Shown here piece after piece: positions 53,141 through 63,011 of a stretch of 64,000 bases of DNA. The position numbers and the translations under genes are program-made. Origin of the DNA: a candidate division FCPU426 bacterium (GTDB lineage: Bacteria; Oederibacteriota; Muellerivitia; Muellerivitales; Muellerivitaceae). The stretch's first letter is position 1. Each line of letters starts with the position of its first letter. Below the pieces are notes generated by a model. It saw only the letters and a list, made by a program, of their open reading frames with translations, had not been told where the DNA came from and did not search any database. The stretch spans positions 608,001-672,000 of the forward strand of contig CAVRAL010000001.1 in the NCBI GenBank assembly GCA_963719085.1, read 5' to 3'.

Positions 53141-55009
53141 ATGATTCAGTATTCCTGGCTAATCCCGGCGCTTCCGGCCTTGTCGTTTGCCGTCATCGCC
53201 CTTTTGACCCGGCGGTCGAAAGGACTTTCGGCGGGGATCTCCATCGCCACCATGGCGATCTGTCTTTTGTTTTCAACGGTCGTCTTTTTTCAACTCTTGG
53301 GATTGGACTCAAGCCAAAGGTTGGTTTCCTTGAGTTGGTCCTGGCTCGCGGTTCCGCCTTGGGAAGCCCATGTGGGAATTCTGATCGATCCCTTAAGCGT
53401 CAATATGCTTTTGGTGGTCACGCTGGTTTCCTTGTTGGTTCAAATTTATTCTTTGGGCTACATGCGGGATGATGAGCGGTTTTCAACTTATTATTCTTAT
53501 CTCTCCCTTTTCACGGCCTCCATGCTGCTCCTGGTGGTTTCCAACAATTTCCTTCAAATATTCGTGGGTTGGGAATTGGTGGGCGTGAGTTCTTATTTAT
53601 TGGTCGGCTTTTGGTATTTCAAACCGGAGGCCGCGGAGGCCGCGAAAAAAGCTTTCGTGGTCAACCGCATCGGGGACGTGGGTTTTCTGATGGGAGTAGC
53701 CGCCATCGGCATGACCTTTAATACCTTTGATTTCGCCCAAGTTCAGGATTTGGTGGCCCATGGGGTGGCCAATGGGACTTATAAGGCCAGCTTTATCGCG
53801 GTCATCGCTTTGCTTCTTTTCTGCGGCGCGGTCGGCAAGAGCGCCCAGTTTCCACTGCATGTCTGGCTGCCGGACGCCATGGAAGGCCCCACGCCGGTTT
53901 CTGCCCTGATCCATGCCGCCACCATGGTGGCCGCGGGCGTTTATATGGTGGCCCGCACCTATTCGCTTTTTTCAGCTGATCCCATCGCCATGACCGTGGT
54001 GGCTTATGTGGGCGGATTCACGGCTTTGTTCGCCGCTTCCATCGCTTTGGCGCAAGACGACATCAAGCGGATCCTAGCCTATTCCACGCTATCCCAATTG
54101 GGTTACATGATGTTGTCCTTGGGGGTTGGGGGTTATACCCCGGGGATGTTCCATCTGACTACGCACGCTTGTTTTAAGGCCCTGTTGTTCCTGGGGGCGG
54201 GAAGCGTCATTCACGCGGTTCATTCCAACGACATTTGGAAGATGGGCGGCTTGATCCGGCCAATGAAAATTACGGGCTATACCTTTCTCATCGCGGCTCT
54301 GGCGATTTCGGGGATTCCACCCTTGGCGGGTTTTTGGTCCAAGGATGAAATTTTTTCCGCGATTCAGGCCAGCACGGTTCCGGGCCATGAACTGCTTTTA
54401 ATCACCGCGATCTTCACGGCGTTTTTGACCGCCTTTTATATGTTCCGTCTTTTCTTCGTGGTCTTCCTGGGCGAAGAGCAAGGGCACGGCGCCCATGAGT
54501 CCCCGGCGGTGATGACCGTTCCTTTGATGATTCTGGCGGTTTTGTCCATCTCGGTGGGCTGGCTGAATTGGCCGGGTTTAGACGCTTTCTCGAAGTTCCT
54601 TTTTTACGGGCCCGCGCCCCAGGTGGAAAGCTTTGACTGGGTTCTGGCTTCGGTCTCCAGCTTAATCGCGATTTTAGGGGTTTTACTTTCCGGGCTTTTT
54701 TATTATTGGAAAGTTTTCTCGGCCGAGAAAGTTTCCGCGACCTTTCGTCCGATTTACCTGCTGTTGAAGAACAAATATTACGTGGATGAGTTTTATGGAT
54801 GGCTGGTCAAAAAGTTTATATGGGGCTTGGCCGCGATTTTCAATTGGCTGGACACGCAGGTGATCGACGGGGGAATCGTCAACGGCTTCGGACGGGGAGC
54901 CCAACGGGCGGGTGGACTGCTTCGCCTGACCCAGACCGGTCTGGTTCAAAATTACGCCCTGGTGGTGTTGGTCGCGGTGGCGGTCATTTATCTCTTGGTG
55001 AGTTTCTGA
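53141..55009 (+). CDS. nuoL: NADH-quinone oxidoreductase subunit L
   Basis: GWELVGVSSYLL, KAFVVNRIGD, KSAQFPLHVWLPDAMEGPTPVSALIHAATMV, GFWSKDEI and QTGLVQNY. Confidence 0.96.
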   Translation: MIQYSWLIPALPALSFAVIALLTRRSKGLSAGISIATMAICLLFSTVVFFQLLGLDSSQRLVSLSWSWLAVPPWEAHVGILIDPLSVNMLLVVTLVSLLVQIYSLGYMRDDERFSTYYSYLSLFTASMLLLVVSNNFLQIFVGWELVGVSSYLLVGFWYFKPEAAEAAKKAFVVNRIGDVGFLMGVAAIGMTFNTFDFAQVQDLVAHGVANGTYKASFIAVIALLLFCGAVGKSAQFPLHVWLPDAMEGPTPVSALIHAATMVAAGVYMVARTYSLFSADPIAMTVVAYVGGFTALFAASIALAQDDIKRILAYSTLSQLGYMMLSLGVGGYTPGMFHLTTHACFKALLFLGAGSVIHAVHSNDIWKMGGLIRPMKITGYTFLIAALAISGIPPLAGFWSKDEIFSAIQASTVPGHELLLITAIFTAFLTAFYMFRLFFVVFLGEEQGHGAHESPAVMTVPLMILAVLSISVGWLNWPGLDAFSKFLFYGPAPQVESFDWVLASVSSLIAILGVLLSGLFYYWKVFSAEKVSATFRPIYLLLKNKYYVDEFYGWLVKKFIWGLAAIFNWLDTQVIDGGIVNGFGRGAQRAGGLLRLTQTGLVQNYALVVLVAVAVIYLLVSF

Positions 55010-55049
55010 TTTTAATTTGATGAAGCGATTCGACTCGGAGGAGCGCAGG

Positions 55050-56627
55050 ATGCTTTCAGTATTGACCGTGATTCTTTTACCCTTGGCGGCGGCTTGGGGT
55101 CTTTTCCATTCGCCGGTTCAAGGGCCCAATGTCCTGCCGGTTTTGACTTCTTTTATTTTTATGCCGATCATGGCCGCTTTCCTCACGTTTTTCACTCCCG
55201 GGGAAAAAGCGAAATGGGTCAGTCTTTTTTTCGCTTCCGCCCAATTGGGGCTGGCCCTCAAGGTTTTTTTCCTCTATCAAACGGTTTTGGGCGGTTATCA
55301 GTTCACCGAGCAATTTCCCTGGTTGGAAGGCTTGGGCATTCATTACGCTTTGGGCGTGGACGGGCTGAGCGTCCCCCTGCTGATTTTGGTGGCCGCGGTT
55401 TATTGGGCCGGGGTTTTGATGTCGTGGAATGTGGCCGTTCGTCCCAAAGAATATTTTGTTTGCTTTTCCTTAATGGCCGCGGGCGCCGCGGGGGCTTTTG
55501 TGAGTTTGGACCTGTTCTTTTTCTTTCTCTTTTATGAGCTCGATATTCTGCCCATGTTTCTTCTGATTGGGGTTTGGGGGAGCGGGCGTAAACAATACGC
55601 GGCCACCAAATTCGCGCTTTATCTGGTGGGCGGTTCAGGTTTGCTTTTGGTTGGTTTTTTGGCGCTTTATTTCACCTCGGGCATCCATAGCTTTGACGTA
55701 AGGATTCTGGGCGACTTAAACCAAACGGGTTTTGGTTTGGCTTTTCAAAAAGTCTGGTTTCCGTTTTTGGCGGTAGGTTTTGGGGTTTTACTGGCGTTGG
55801 TCCCGTTTCACACCTGGTCGCCGGATGCCTACGCCTCGGCCCCCACGGCCGCTTCCATGATGAACGCCGGGGTTTTAAAAACCTTAGGGGGCTATGGATT
55901 GCTGCGGATCGCGGTGCCCGCGCTTCCGGACGGCGCCAAGGAATGGCTGCCTTTCTTCGCGGTTCTGGCCGTGATCAATATGCTTTATGCCGCTTTGGTG
56001 GCCTTGAAACAAAAAGACATCAAATATGTGGTGGCCTATTCTTCCGTCGCCCATTGCGGTTATTTGGTGCTCGGCATCTGCGCGCTTCAAACCACCGGGT
56101 TCAGTGGGGCGGTGATTCAAATGTTTTCCCAAGGGATATTAACGGCTTTCGCTTTCGGTTTGGTGGGGCTGATCGAGACCCGGACGGGAACCCGTCAATG
56201 GGATCAACTGGGCGGGCTTTCGGCCGCGGCGCCGCTTTTGGGCGGACTTTTCATGATGAATACCATGGCCAACGTGGGTCTGCCGGGCTTCAGCAGTTTC
56301 GTGGCGGAATTTATGGTTTTTTTAGGCGCCTTCCGCAGCGGGTTTCAGGGCGGTTTTCCGATCTTTAAAATTTTGTTTCCTTTGGCCGTTACGGCCATCG
56401 TGATCGGCGCGGTCTATTACCTGCGGTTAGTCCAGAATGTTTTCTTTGGGCCCCCGCGCCCTTCGCCGTCGGGATTAATCCTGAAAGATGTGAACGCGAT
56501 GGAGATTCTGCCCCTGGCGTTTCTTTTGGTTCTTTCCTTATGTGTCGGGCTTTATCCCAAACCCTGGGTGGATTTGGTGAATTCCAGCGTGGTTCCCCTG
56601 ATTGACCATATCGGAGGATTCAAGTGA
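55050..56627 (+). CDS. nuoM: NADH-quinone oxidoreductase subunit M
   Basis: LGVDGLS, FFLFYE...PMF, PFHTWSPDA, AYSSVAH and GLPGFSSFVAE. ATG 55050 follows GGAGGAG. Confidence 0.92.
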   Translation: MLSVLTVILLPLAAAWGLFHSPVQGPNVLPVLTSFIFMPIMAAFLTFFTPGEKAKWVSLFFASAQLGLALKVFFLYQTVLGGYQFTEQFPWLEGLGIHYALGVDGLSVPLLILVAAVYWAGVLMSWNVAVRPKEYFVCFSLMAAGAAGAFVSLDLFFFFLFYELDILPMFLLIGVWGSGRKQYAATKFALYLVGGSGLLLVGFLALYFTSGIHSFDVRILGDLNQTGFGLAFQKVWFPFLAVGFGVLLALVPFHTWSPDAYASAPTAASMMNAGVLKTLGGYGLLRIAVPALPDGAKEWLPFFAVLAVINMLYAALVALKQKDIKYVVAYSSVAHCGYLVLGICALQTTGFSGAVIQMFSQGILTAFAFGLVGLIETRTGTRQWDQLGGLSAAAPLLGGLFMMNTMANVGLPGFSSFVAEFMVFLGAFRSGFQGGFPIFKILFPLAVTAIVIGAVYYLRLVQNVFFGPPRPSPSGLILKDVNAMEILPLAFLLVLSLCVGLYPKPWVDLVNSSVVPLIDHIGGFK

Positions 56628-58093
56628 TCCAATACAGCGCTTTCTTCACCGAGATTTGGCTGGTCCTCACGGCGATCGTGGTTTTGTTGGTCGATCTTTT
56701 TTTTGAGTTTGAGAATAAAAACAAGGCCTTAAACGGCATCGCCTTTTTGGGAGTCTCCTTGGCGCTTTTGACCCTGCCTTGCGCGGGAAGCCTTTGTTGC
56801 TCCGGGGTCTGCGCTTTAGGAACCCTGCCTGTGGAGGCTTTCAACGGATCCTTGAAGACGGATGGACTGGCGATTTATTTTAAACTGATCATTCTTTTGG
56901 GGACGCTTTTCACGCTATTGGCGTCTTTCCGGTATTTCAATAGTCAGGCCATCCGGCATCGGGCCGAATTTCTCGCGATCCTTCTTTTCGCCGCGGCCGG
57001 GGCCACCAGCTTGGCTTCGTCCCAAGAAATTATCACGCTTTACGTGTCCTTGGAAACCTTGACCATCAGCAGTTTTCTTTTGGCGGCGTTCCTTAAAAAG
57101 GATAAAGCCAGCAACGAGGCCGGATTGAAATATCTTTTGATGGGCGCCTTTTCTTCCGCCATCCTGCTTTTTGGTTTTTCCTATCTTTACGGATTGACGG
57201 GAACGACGATGATCGCCGAGGTGGGACAGCGGCTGGCCACGGTGCCTTCCAGCGCCATTGAAATCCTCGCCGTCATCCTGGTGGTCGCCGGGCTGGCCTT
57301 CAAAATCTCATTGGCGCCGTTCCATATGTGGACCCCGGATGTTTATGAGGGTGCGCCGACGCCCGTGACGGCTTTTCTGTCGGTGGTTTCCAAAACCGCG
57401 GGATTCGCGGCCTTCGTGAAGCTTTTTTGGGAAGGGTTGGCGGCGCCGGCGCTCACGCCGGTTTGGGTCGGGCTCTTTTCCGTCCTGGCGGCGCTCAGCA
57501 TGGTGCTGGGCAATTTAGAGGCCCTGCCCCAATCGAACCTCAAGCGTTTATTGGGTTATTCCTCCATCGCGCAAGCCGGTTACCTCATGGCGGGTTTTTT
57601 GGCGGGCGGCTCTTTAGGGTTAACCGCGCTTCTTTTTTATCTGATGGTGTATCTGTTGGCCAATATGTCAGTTTTTTTAACGGTGGTCATTGTCTCCGCC
57701 AAAACCGGAAGCGAGCAAATCGTGGATTACGCGGGTTTGTGGAAGCGGGCGCCCCTCTTGGGGGTGGTCTTAACCGTGAGCCTCTTTTCGTTGGCCGGTC
57801 TTCCGCCCTTCGCCGGATTCGCGGGGAAGTGGTATTTGTTCAGCGCCGCCGTTTCCAAGGGGTTTGTCTGGCTGGCTTTGACCGGGGTTTTGTTCAGCGC
57901 GGTCTCGCTTTATTACTACCTTCAAATCGTTCGCCAAGCGCTTCTGGTGGAACCCAAGGATTCTTCATTGATTGGGGTGGGGCCTTATGAAAAAATCGCC
58001 CTGGGGTTAAGCGTGGCGGCCTTGATTGTCTTCGGTTTTTGGCCGGCTCCGCTCATTCAAATCGCGCAAGCCGCCGCCGCTTCTCTTTTCTAG
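56624..58093 (+). CDS. nuoN: NADH-quinone oxidoreductase subunit N
   Basis: EAGLKY, FKISLAPFHMWTPDVYEGAPTP, KRLLGYSSIAQAGY and SLAGLPPFAGF.GK. Confidence 0.95.
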   Translation: MIQYSAFFTEIWLVLTAIVVLLVDLFFEFENKNKALNGIAFLGVSLALLTLPCAGSLCCSGVCALGTLPVEAFNGSLKTDGLAIYFKLIILLGTLFTLLASFRYFNSQAIRHRAEFLAILLFAAAGATSLASSQEIITLYVSLETLTISSFLLAAFLKKDKASNEAGLKYLLMGAFSSAILLFGFSYLYGLTGTTMIAEVGQRLATVPSSAIEILAVILVVAGLAFKISLAPFHMWTPDVYEGAPTPVTAFLSVVSKTAGFAAFVKLFWEGLAAPALTPVWVGLFSVLAALSMVLGNLEALPQSNLKRLLGYSSIAQAGYLMAGFLAGGSLGLTALLFYLMVYLLANMSVFLTVVIVSAKTGSEQIVDYAGLWKRAPLLGVVLTVSLFSLAGLPPFAGFAGKWYLFSAAVSKGFVWLALTGVLFSAVSLYYYLQIVRQALLVEPKDSSLIGVGPYEKIALGLSVAALIVFGFWPAPLIQIAQAAAASLF

Positions 58094-58113
58094 CCATCGC
58101 TGGAAAACAACGC

Positions 58114-58149
58114 AAACCCCGGCTATCCTAGCCGAGGGTTTTTTCTTTT
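58114..58149 (+). terminator. Rho-independent terminator after the nuo operon
   Basis: AACCCCGGCTA-TCC-TAGCCGAGGGTT followed by a T-rich tract. Confidence 0.7.
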
Positions 58150-58189
58150 CAGGCCGCGCCCGCTAGGCGCTACTCCCAAGGAGGCGTTT

Positions 58190-59011
58190 ATGGGTTGGTC
58201 GGATTTCATTTTGATCGGCGCGGTTTTGGCTTACGGGATCGGTTGTGTCCAGTCCTTGCGCTATTTGGCCGATTTTGATCCCGCCTTGGAAAGATCCGCT
58301 TCGCGTTATTTAGTTTGGGGAATCGGATTTCAAGTTTTGTTCCTGGCTTTTTTGTGGATTCGCGAAGGCTATGCCCCCGTTACCAATCTTTGCGAGATAT
58401 TGGCGGTTTTGGCTTTTTGCCTGGGCTCGGCCTTGGCGTTGGGACGGCTTCGAAGCCCGGTACCGCTGCTTAGCTCTCTTTTTTTACCCTTCCTATTTCT
58501 TCTATGCGCCTTATCCCTAATCGCGGGGCTTCAGTTCAAAGGTCCCATGTCGGCGCTTTTGACCGATCCCTTTATCGCGACTCATATTTTTCTCACCCTG
58601 CTGGGTTACGCCTTCTTTACTTTGGGATTCGGGGTGGGAATCACCTATTGGCTTCAGGAAAGCCAGATCAAGCGCCATCAAATGCGCAAGTGGGCCAGTC
58701 TGCTGCCGGCCCTGGACCTTTTGGATGGATTGACCGTTTTTTACACCGGATGGGGATTTGTTTTTTGGACCGCGGGATTGAGTTTGGGAATTCTCCAGGC
58801 CGTGAAAGTTTGGGGAGGTATTCCCTGGTTCGATCCAAAAATTCTGGGTTCCTTTTCGGTTTTGGCGATTTACGTGGCCTTTTTCCTTTGTCGTTGGGGT
58901 CTTTCCATGCGGGGCAAAAAAACCATGGTGTTGATTCTGGCCGGTTATTTTTTAGCCCTCTTCACCTTTTTGGGAGTTCAGATCTTCCTGAATTCCCGCC
59001 ACATTTATTAA
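58190..59011 (+). CDS. Cytochrome c assembly family membrane protein (CcsA/HemX-like)
   Basis: About 8 TM helices, ATHI heme-ligand motif, LPALDLLD and PWFDPK (WxxDPK); immediately upstream of hemA. Confidence 0.82.
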   Translation: MGWSDFILIGAVLAYGIGCVQSLRYLADFDPALERSASRYLVWGIGFQVLFLAFLWIREGYAPVTNLCEILAVLAFCLGSALALGRLRSPVPLLSSLFLPFLFLLCALSLIAGLQFKGPMSALLTDPFIATHIFLTLLGYAFFTLGFGVGITYWLQESQIKRHQMRKWASLLPALDLLDGLTVFYTGWGFVFWTAGLSLGILQAVKVWGGIPWFDPKILGSFSVLAIYVAFFLCRWGLSMRGKKTMVLILAGYFLALFTFLGVQIFLNSRHIY

Positions 59012-59035
59012 ACCGTCCATCACGAGAAGGATCCG

Positions 59036-60298
59036 ATGAAATTCCAGGTTTACGGACTTAACCACACGACGGCCCCGATTTCGGTCCGGGAAAAATACGC
59101 GCTGGTTCCCGACGCGGTGAAGTCTTTTTTAAAGGAATTAAAGCCCTTGGCGCCCGAGGCGGCCTTTCTGTCCACTTGTAACCGGGTCGAGTTCTATTTT
59201 CTTTCCGAAAACGACGAGCCGGTTTTAGAAAAAATTAGAAAAGGATTGAACCGGCATCACCGCCTTCAAGCCTCGGAGGCCCGTAAGTATTTCTACCGGC
59301 GGGAGGGCATTGAGGCTTTCCGGCACCTCTTCAGGGTCGCGGGCTCACTGGATTCCATGGTGGTGGGGGAATCCCAAATTTTGGGCCAGGTGAAGGACGC
59401 CTTCCGTTTTTCGATGGAATCGGGCATGGCGGGTTCCACCCTGACGGGAATTTTTAACCGGGCCTTCGCGGCGGCCAAAACCGTGCGCAGTCAAACCGAA
59501 ATCGCCCGGATGCCGGTGAGCGTCTCCAGCGTGGCGGTGAATTTGGCCGGCAAAATTTTTGATAGTCTGGAAGAAAAAAAGGTCCTTCTTTTGGGCGCCG
59601 GTGAAATGAGCGAGTTGACCGCCAAGTATCTGGCGGACTCCGGGGTCCCGGATTTTTGGGTGGCCAATCGGACCTTGGACCGGGCCAAGGCCTTGGCGTC
59701 CAAATTAAAAGGCCACGCTTTTTCCCTGGAGGATGGCATCCGTAAAATGGGGGAAGCGGACATCGTGGTGACCTCGGTGCAGGTCGACCAGCCGCTGGTT
59801 TCGACCGAGGCGGTGGTGACCGCCATGAAAGTACGCAAGGGAAAGAGGCTTTTTATCATCGACATTGGCGTTCCCCGCAATGTGGACGCTGAGGCGGGGA
59901 AGCTAGATCAAGTCTACCTTTACAACATTGACGACCTGTCCTCGATCGCCCAAAACAACCAGGCGGAGCGGCAAAAAGCCATCGCGGCGGCGGATGAGAT
60001 ACTGGACGGCGCCATCGGGGAGCTTTGTTCCTGGCTCAACAACCTGGAATTGGTTCCTACGATTGTGCGGCTTCGGGAAAGTTTCGAGAAGATCCGGGAA
60101 GGGGAATGGAATGATTTTTCCCGCCGGCTGGCGCATTTAAACGACAAGGACCGGGCTTTGGTGGAGCGCCTCAGCCGGGATTTGACGGCCCATCTTTTAC
60201 ACGACCCATTAGTGACCTTGAAAAACCTGCCGGACGCCCGGGAACGGTTTGAATACGCCAAAATGCTGAACGATCTTTTCAAGCTCTGGAAAGGCTGA
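59036..60298 (+). CDS. hemA: Glutamyl-tRNA reductase
   Basis: GLNHTTAP..VRE, STCNRVE, DSMVVGESQILGQVK, GAGEMS and DIGVPRNV. Confidence 0.96.
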   Translation: MKFQVYGLNHTTAPISVREKYALVPDAVKSFLKELKPLAPEAAFLSTCNRVEFYFLSENDEPVLEKIRKGLNRHHRLQASEARKYFYRREGIEAFRHLFRVAGSLDSMVVGESQILGQVKDAFRFSMESGMAGSTLTGIFNRAFAAAKTVRSQTEIARMPVSVSSVAVNLAGKIFDSLEEKKVLLLGAGEMSELTAKYLADSGVPDFWVANRTLDRAKALASKLKGHAFSLEDGIRKMGEADIVVTSVQVDQPLVSTEAVVTAMKVRKGKRLFIIDIGVPRNVDAEAGKLDQVYLYNIDDLSSIAQNNQAERQKAIAAADEILDGAIGELCSWLNNLELVPTIVRLRESFEKIREGEWNDFSRRLAHLNDKDRALVERLSRDLTAHLLHDPLVTLKNLPDARERFEYAKMLNDLFKLWKG

Positions 60299-60300
60299 CT

Positions 60301-61233
60301 TTGAATCCTTTCTTTTTAGGAACCCGGGGAAGCGCTTTAGCCCTGGCCCAGGCCGAGCAGGTTCGGCTTCAAATGGCGGCGCTGCTTCCTCAAACTTCCA
60401 TCCAGCTGGAGGTCATTAAAACCAGCGGGGATCGTTTTTCCGCTTCCAACGCCCCCGATAGCGCCCTGGACATCTCCATTCAGGGAATATTCACGAAAGA
60501 ATTGGATGAGGCGCTTTTAACGGGTAAGATCCGCACGGCTATCCACAGCTTGAAGGATGTACCGACGGTTTTGCCTCAGGGGCTGCGCTACGGCGCCTTT
60601 TTAAAAAGAGAAGACTGCCGGGACGCGCTGATTTCCCGTGATGGCAAAAAATTCAGCGAACTGCCGCTAGGCGCCCGGGTCGGCACCAGTTCGCCCCGAC
60701 GGCAGGCCCAGCTGATGGCGGCCCGGCCTGATTTTTCGGTGACGGCGCTTCGAGGAAACCTGGATACCCGTCTTCGCCGCTTAAACGAAGGTCAGTTTGA
60801 GGCCGTTGTAGTGGCCGGGGCGGGTGTGAGGCGTTTGGGACGGGAATCCGAAATTACGCAGTGGCTGGACCCTCATCTTTTCTTACCGGCCCCGGCCCAG
60901 GGGGTTTTGTGTTTGGTGATAGGTGAAGGGGATGAGGAATTGACCCGGGCTTTGGGCCCTTTAAATGATAAAACAAGCCAGTTGTGCGCCACCGCGGAGC
61001 GTTCGTTTCTTCGCGCCCTACAGGGCGGCTGCCGGGTGCCGGTGGGGGCTTTGGCGAAAATCGATGGTCCCAGTTTGGTTCTTTCGGGATTCGTCGCGGG
61101 GAAAACCGGCCAAGCGCTCCAAAACCAATTATCAGGTCCCCTCGATCATCCCATGGAACTTGGCGTGGAACTGGCCCAACTTCTTCTTTCCCAAGGGGCG
61201 GGGGAAATCCTAAAAAATTATGGTCGACCCTAA
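60301..61233 (+). CDS. hemC: Hydroxymethylbilane synthase (porphobilinogen deaminase)
   Basis: GTRGSALALAQ, FTKELD, HSLKDVP, GTSSPRR, RGNLDTRL and GGCRVPVG. Confidence 0.96.
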   Translation: MNPFFLGTRGSALALAQAEQVRLQMAALLPQTSIQLEVIKTSGDRFSASNAPDSALDISIQGIFTKELDEALLTGKIRTAIHSLKDVPTVLPQGLRYGAFLKREDCRDALISRDGKKFSELPLGARVGTSSPRRQAQLMAARPDFSVTALRGNLDTRLRRLNEGQFEAVVVAGAGVRRLGRESEITQWLDPHLFLPAPAQGVLCLVIGEGDEELTRALGPLNDKTSQLCATAERSFLRALQGGCRVPVGALAKIDGPSLVLSGFVAGKTGQALQNQLSGPLDHPMELGVELAQLLLSQGAGEILKNYGRP

Positions 61234-61271
61234 TATTCGCCAGCTTCAAGCCATGGGGTCCACGTCCCAAA

Positions 61272-61300
61272 TGGACAAGTTTTTCCGTTTTCGCTAAGAT
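61272..61300 (+). promoter_or_regulatory. Putative promoter giving a near-leaderless transcript for the TPR-barrel gene
   Basis: TGGACA, 17 bp spacer, TAAGAT ending 9 nt before ATG 61310; no SD visible. Confidence 0.5.
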
Positions 61301-61309
61301 TAAGACACC

Positions 61310-62395
61310 ATGACCCCATTCCTCTCTAAAGCCTTGGACCCCCGTCTCTGGGTCTTGGTTTTTTGGCTGGCCGTTTTTTCCCCGGCGCGGGCCCAATATT
61401 TGGCCCAGGCGGTTTCCCAGGTGAACGCGGGCAACCAGGCTTTCCGAGCGAAGGATTATGGCTCCGCCCTTTTAAACTATCAGGCCGCCACCTATTCGGA
61501 TCCCCAATGTGGACCGGCTTACCAGGGAATTGGAAACAGTTTGTGCCAATTAGGGCGCTATTCAGGAGCCTTGAGCGCTTATGAATCAGCCTTGGCGTTA
61601 AAGCCGCAAGACCCCGGGTTGTTGAAAGTGATCGGCCAACTCGACGCCAAACTAGGATTAGCGACGCCCACACCCGCTCCGGCCGCCATGCCGCCGCCCC
61701 CGCCGCTTTTGGCCATGGCCGCGATTCCAACCCCCGTTCCGGCTGCCGCGACACCAGCCCCACTCGCGCCGTCGCCTTCACCCACCGTGGTTGTGTCCGC
61801 GCGGACGCCTTCGGGGGATGGCGGGCGATTTGCCTTGGTACCCCAGGGCGGCGGTGCCGGGGGAATTGGAAATCCATTTGGCGTAGGGTTGGGCGGGGGA
61901 GTTGGAGTGGGTTATTTTTTAAGCGATGATTTTTGTCTCAACGCCGGTTTTACCGGGTACCTTCTCAAGGATTTGGCCCATCTGACTTCGCCCAATACTA
62001 CGGGTCTAGCCAATATTTTAGAAACAAGCCTTGAAGCCACTCTGGGGTTTAAATACCGCTTGGCGCCGGGGGATATCCGTCCTTACCTCATGGCCGGGGG
62101 AGGGATTTCTTACTTGGTGACTTCAGCGACCACTTCCGGTACCTATATGGGCAACCCTTTCAGTGTTTCGAATCCCGCTTTAACCCGGATAGCGCCCCTG
62201 GTTCAGGTGGGGACGGGACTTGAGTTTATGGCGGATTCCCGCAGCAGCTTCTTCGTCCAAGTCCAGTGCGATATGATTTTCGACAATCCCGGGAGTTCGA
62301 CCGATATCAGCCCCAATGTAACGGCTACCCTAAGCACGGGGGGCGGAGTACTGGTTTATGTCCCTGTCCAAGTCGGATTCAACTTCTATCTTTGA
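61310..62395 (+). CDS. Secreted protein: TPR repeats, Pro/Ala/Thr linker, and probable outer-membrane beta-barrel
   Basis: Signal peptide ending SPARA; TPR motifs (AGNQAFRAKDYGSALLNYQAA, AYQGIGNSLCQLGRYSGALSAYESALALKP); ATPTPAPAAMPPPPP linker; barrel-like strands GLGGGVGVGYFL, LGFKYRL, PYLMAGGG and VQVGFNFYL. Confidence 0.72.
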   Translation: MTPFLSKALDPRLWVLVFWLAVFSPARAQYLAQAVSQVNAGNQAFRAKDYGSALLNYQAATYSDPQCGPAYQGIGNSLCQLGRYSGALSAYESALALKPQDPGLLKVIGQLDAKLGLATPTPAPAAMPPPPPLLAMAAIPTPVPAAATPAPLAPSPSPTVVVSARTPSGDGGRFALVPQGGGAGGIGNPFGVGLGGGVGVGYFLSDDFCLNAGFTGYLLKDLAHLTSPNTTGLANILETSLEATLGFKYRLAPGDIRPYLMAGGGISYLVTSATTSGTYMGNPFSVSNPALTRIAPLVQVGTGLEFMADSRSSFFVQVQCDMIFDNPGSSTDISPNVTATLSTGGGVLVYVPVQVGFNFYL

Positions 62396-62425
62396 TGTCC
62401 GAAGGCTCCTTAAGGCCTTAAGAAG

Positions 62426-62686
62426 TTACTTTAACTGTTTTGAAAACCCAATAAAAAAGGCTTTTTTAAAATCAAGCTGGGCAAGCCTTGGGTGATGAGG
62501 CGCTTTGAAACCCCCGTTTCGGATAGTCGGTGATGAAAAGGCTCCCAAGGCGTCTTGGACAAAGTTGGGAAGCGTTTCTAAGCGGTTGGAGATGGGTTTA
62601 GAACTGATGGATCCATTCTGTGACTCAGTTGATTCCGGATTGTTTTTAGCGCTTTTGATGAAGGTCCGATGATTGCTCCCCTTCAT
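62426..62686 (-). CDS. Possible small hypothetical protein (86 aa)
   Basis: ATG-started ORF in an otherwise unexplained region; no recognisable motif and a weak SD. Confidence 0.25.
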   Translation of the reverse strand: MKGSNHRTFIKSAKNNPESTESQNGSISSKPISNRLETLPNFVQDALGAFSSPTIRNGGFKAPHHPRLAQLDFKKAFFIGFSKQLK

Positions 62687-63011
62687 TTATCTTTCAAAAA
62701 AAACAGGTTTAAATGCAAATTCGGCTCATTTCGCGCATTTATTTTTGAAAGAGTCAGGAATGATCGCTCAAAAGGAATCCGCTCGAAGTCAATTCGCGAT
62801 TAGCCTGAAGAATAACAACTTAGCGCGTCAGTCCTTCAGAAGGGCCGGTTTTGGTTGATCGAAGAGCTAAATTTTAAGTGCGTGGGTTCTGTGGGAAATA
62901 GAATCGATTCGAAATAGAGTGAAAGCATGGGAGTCGCCAAGAATCCTGTTTTCGACGAAGATGGATGGGCCCAAAATGAATTTCATATAAGGTGAAAGGA
63001 ATGGATCAGGA

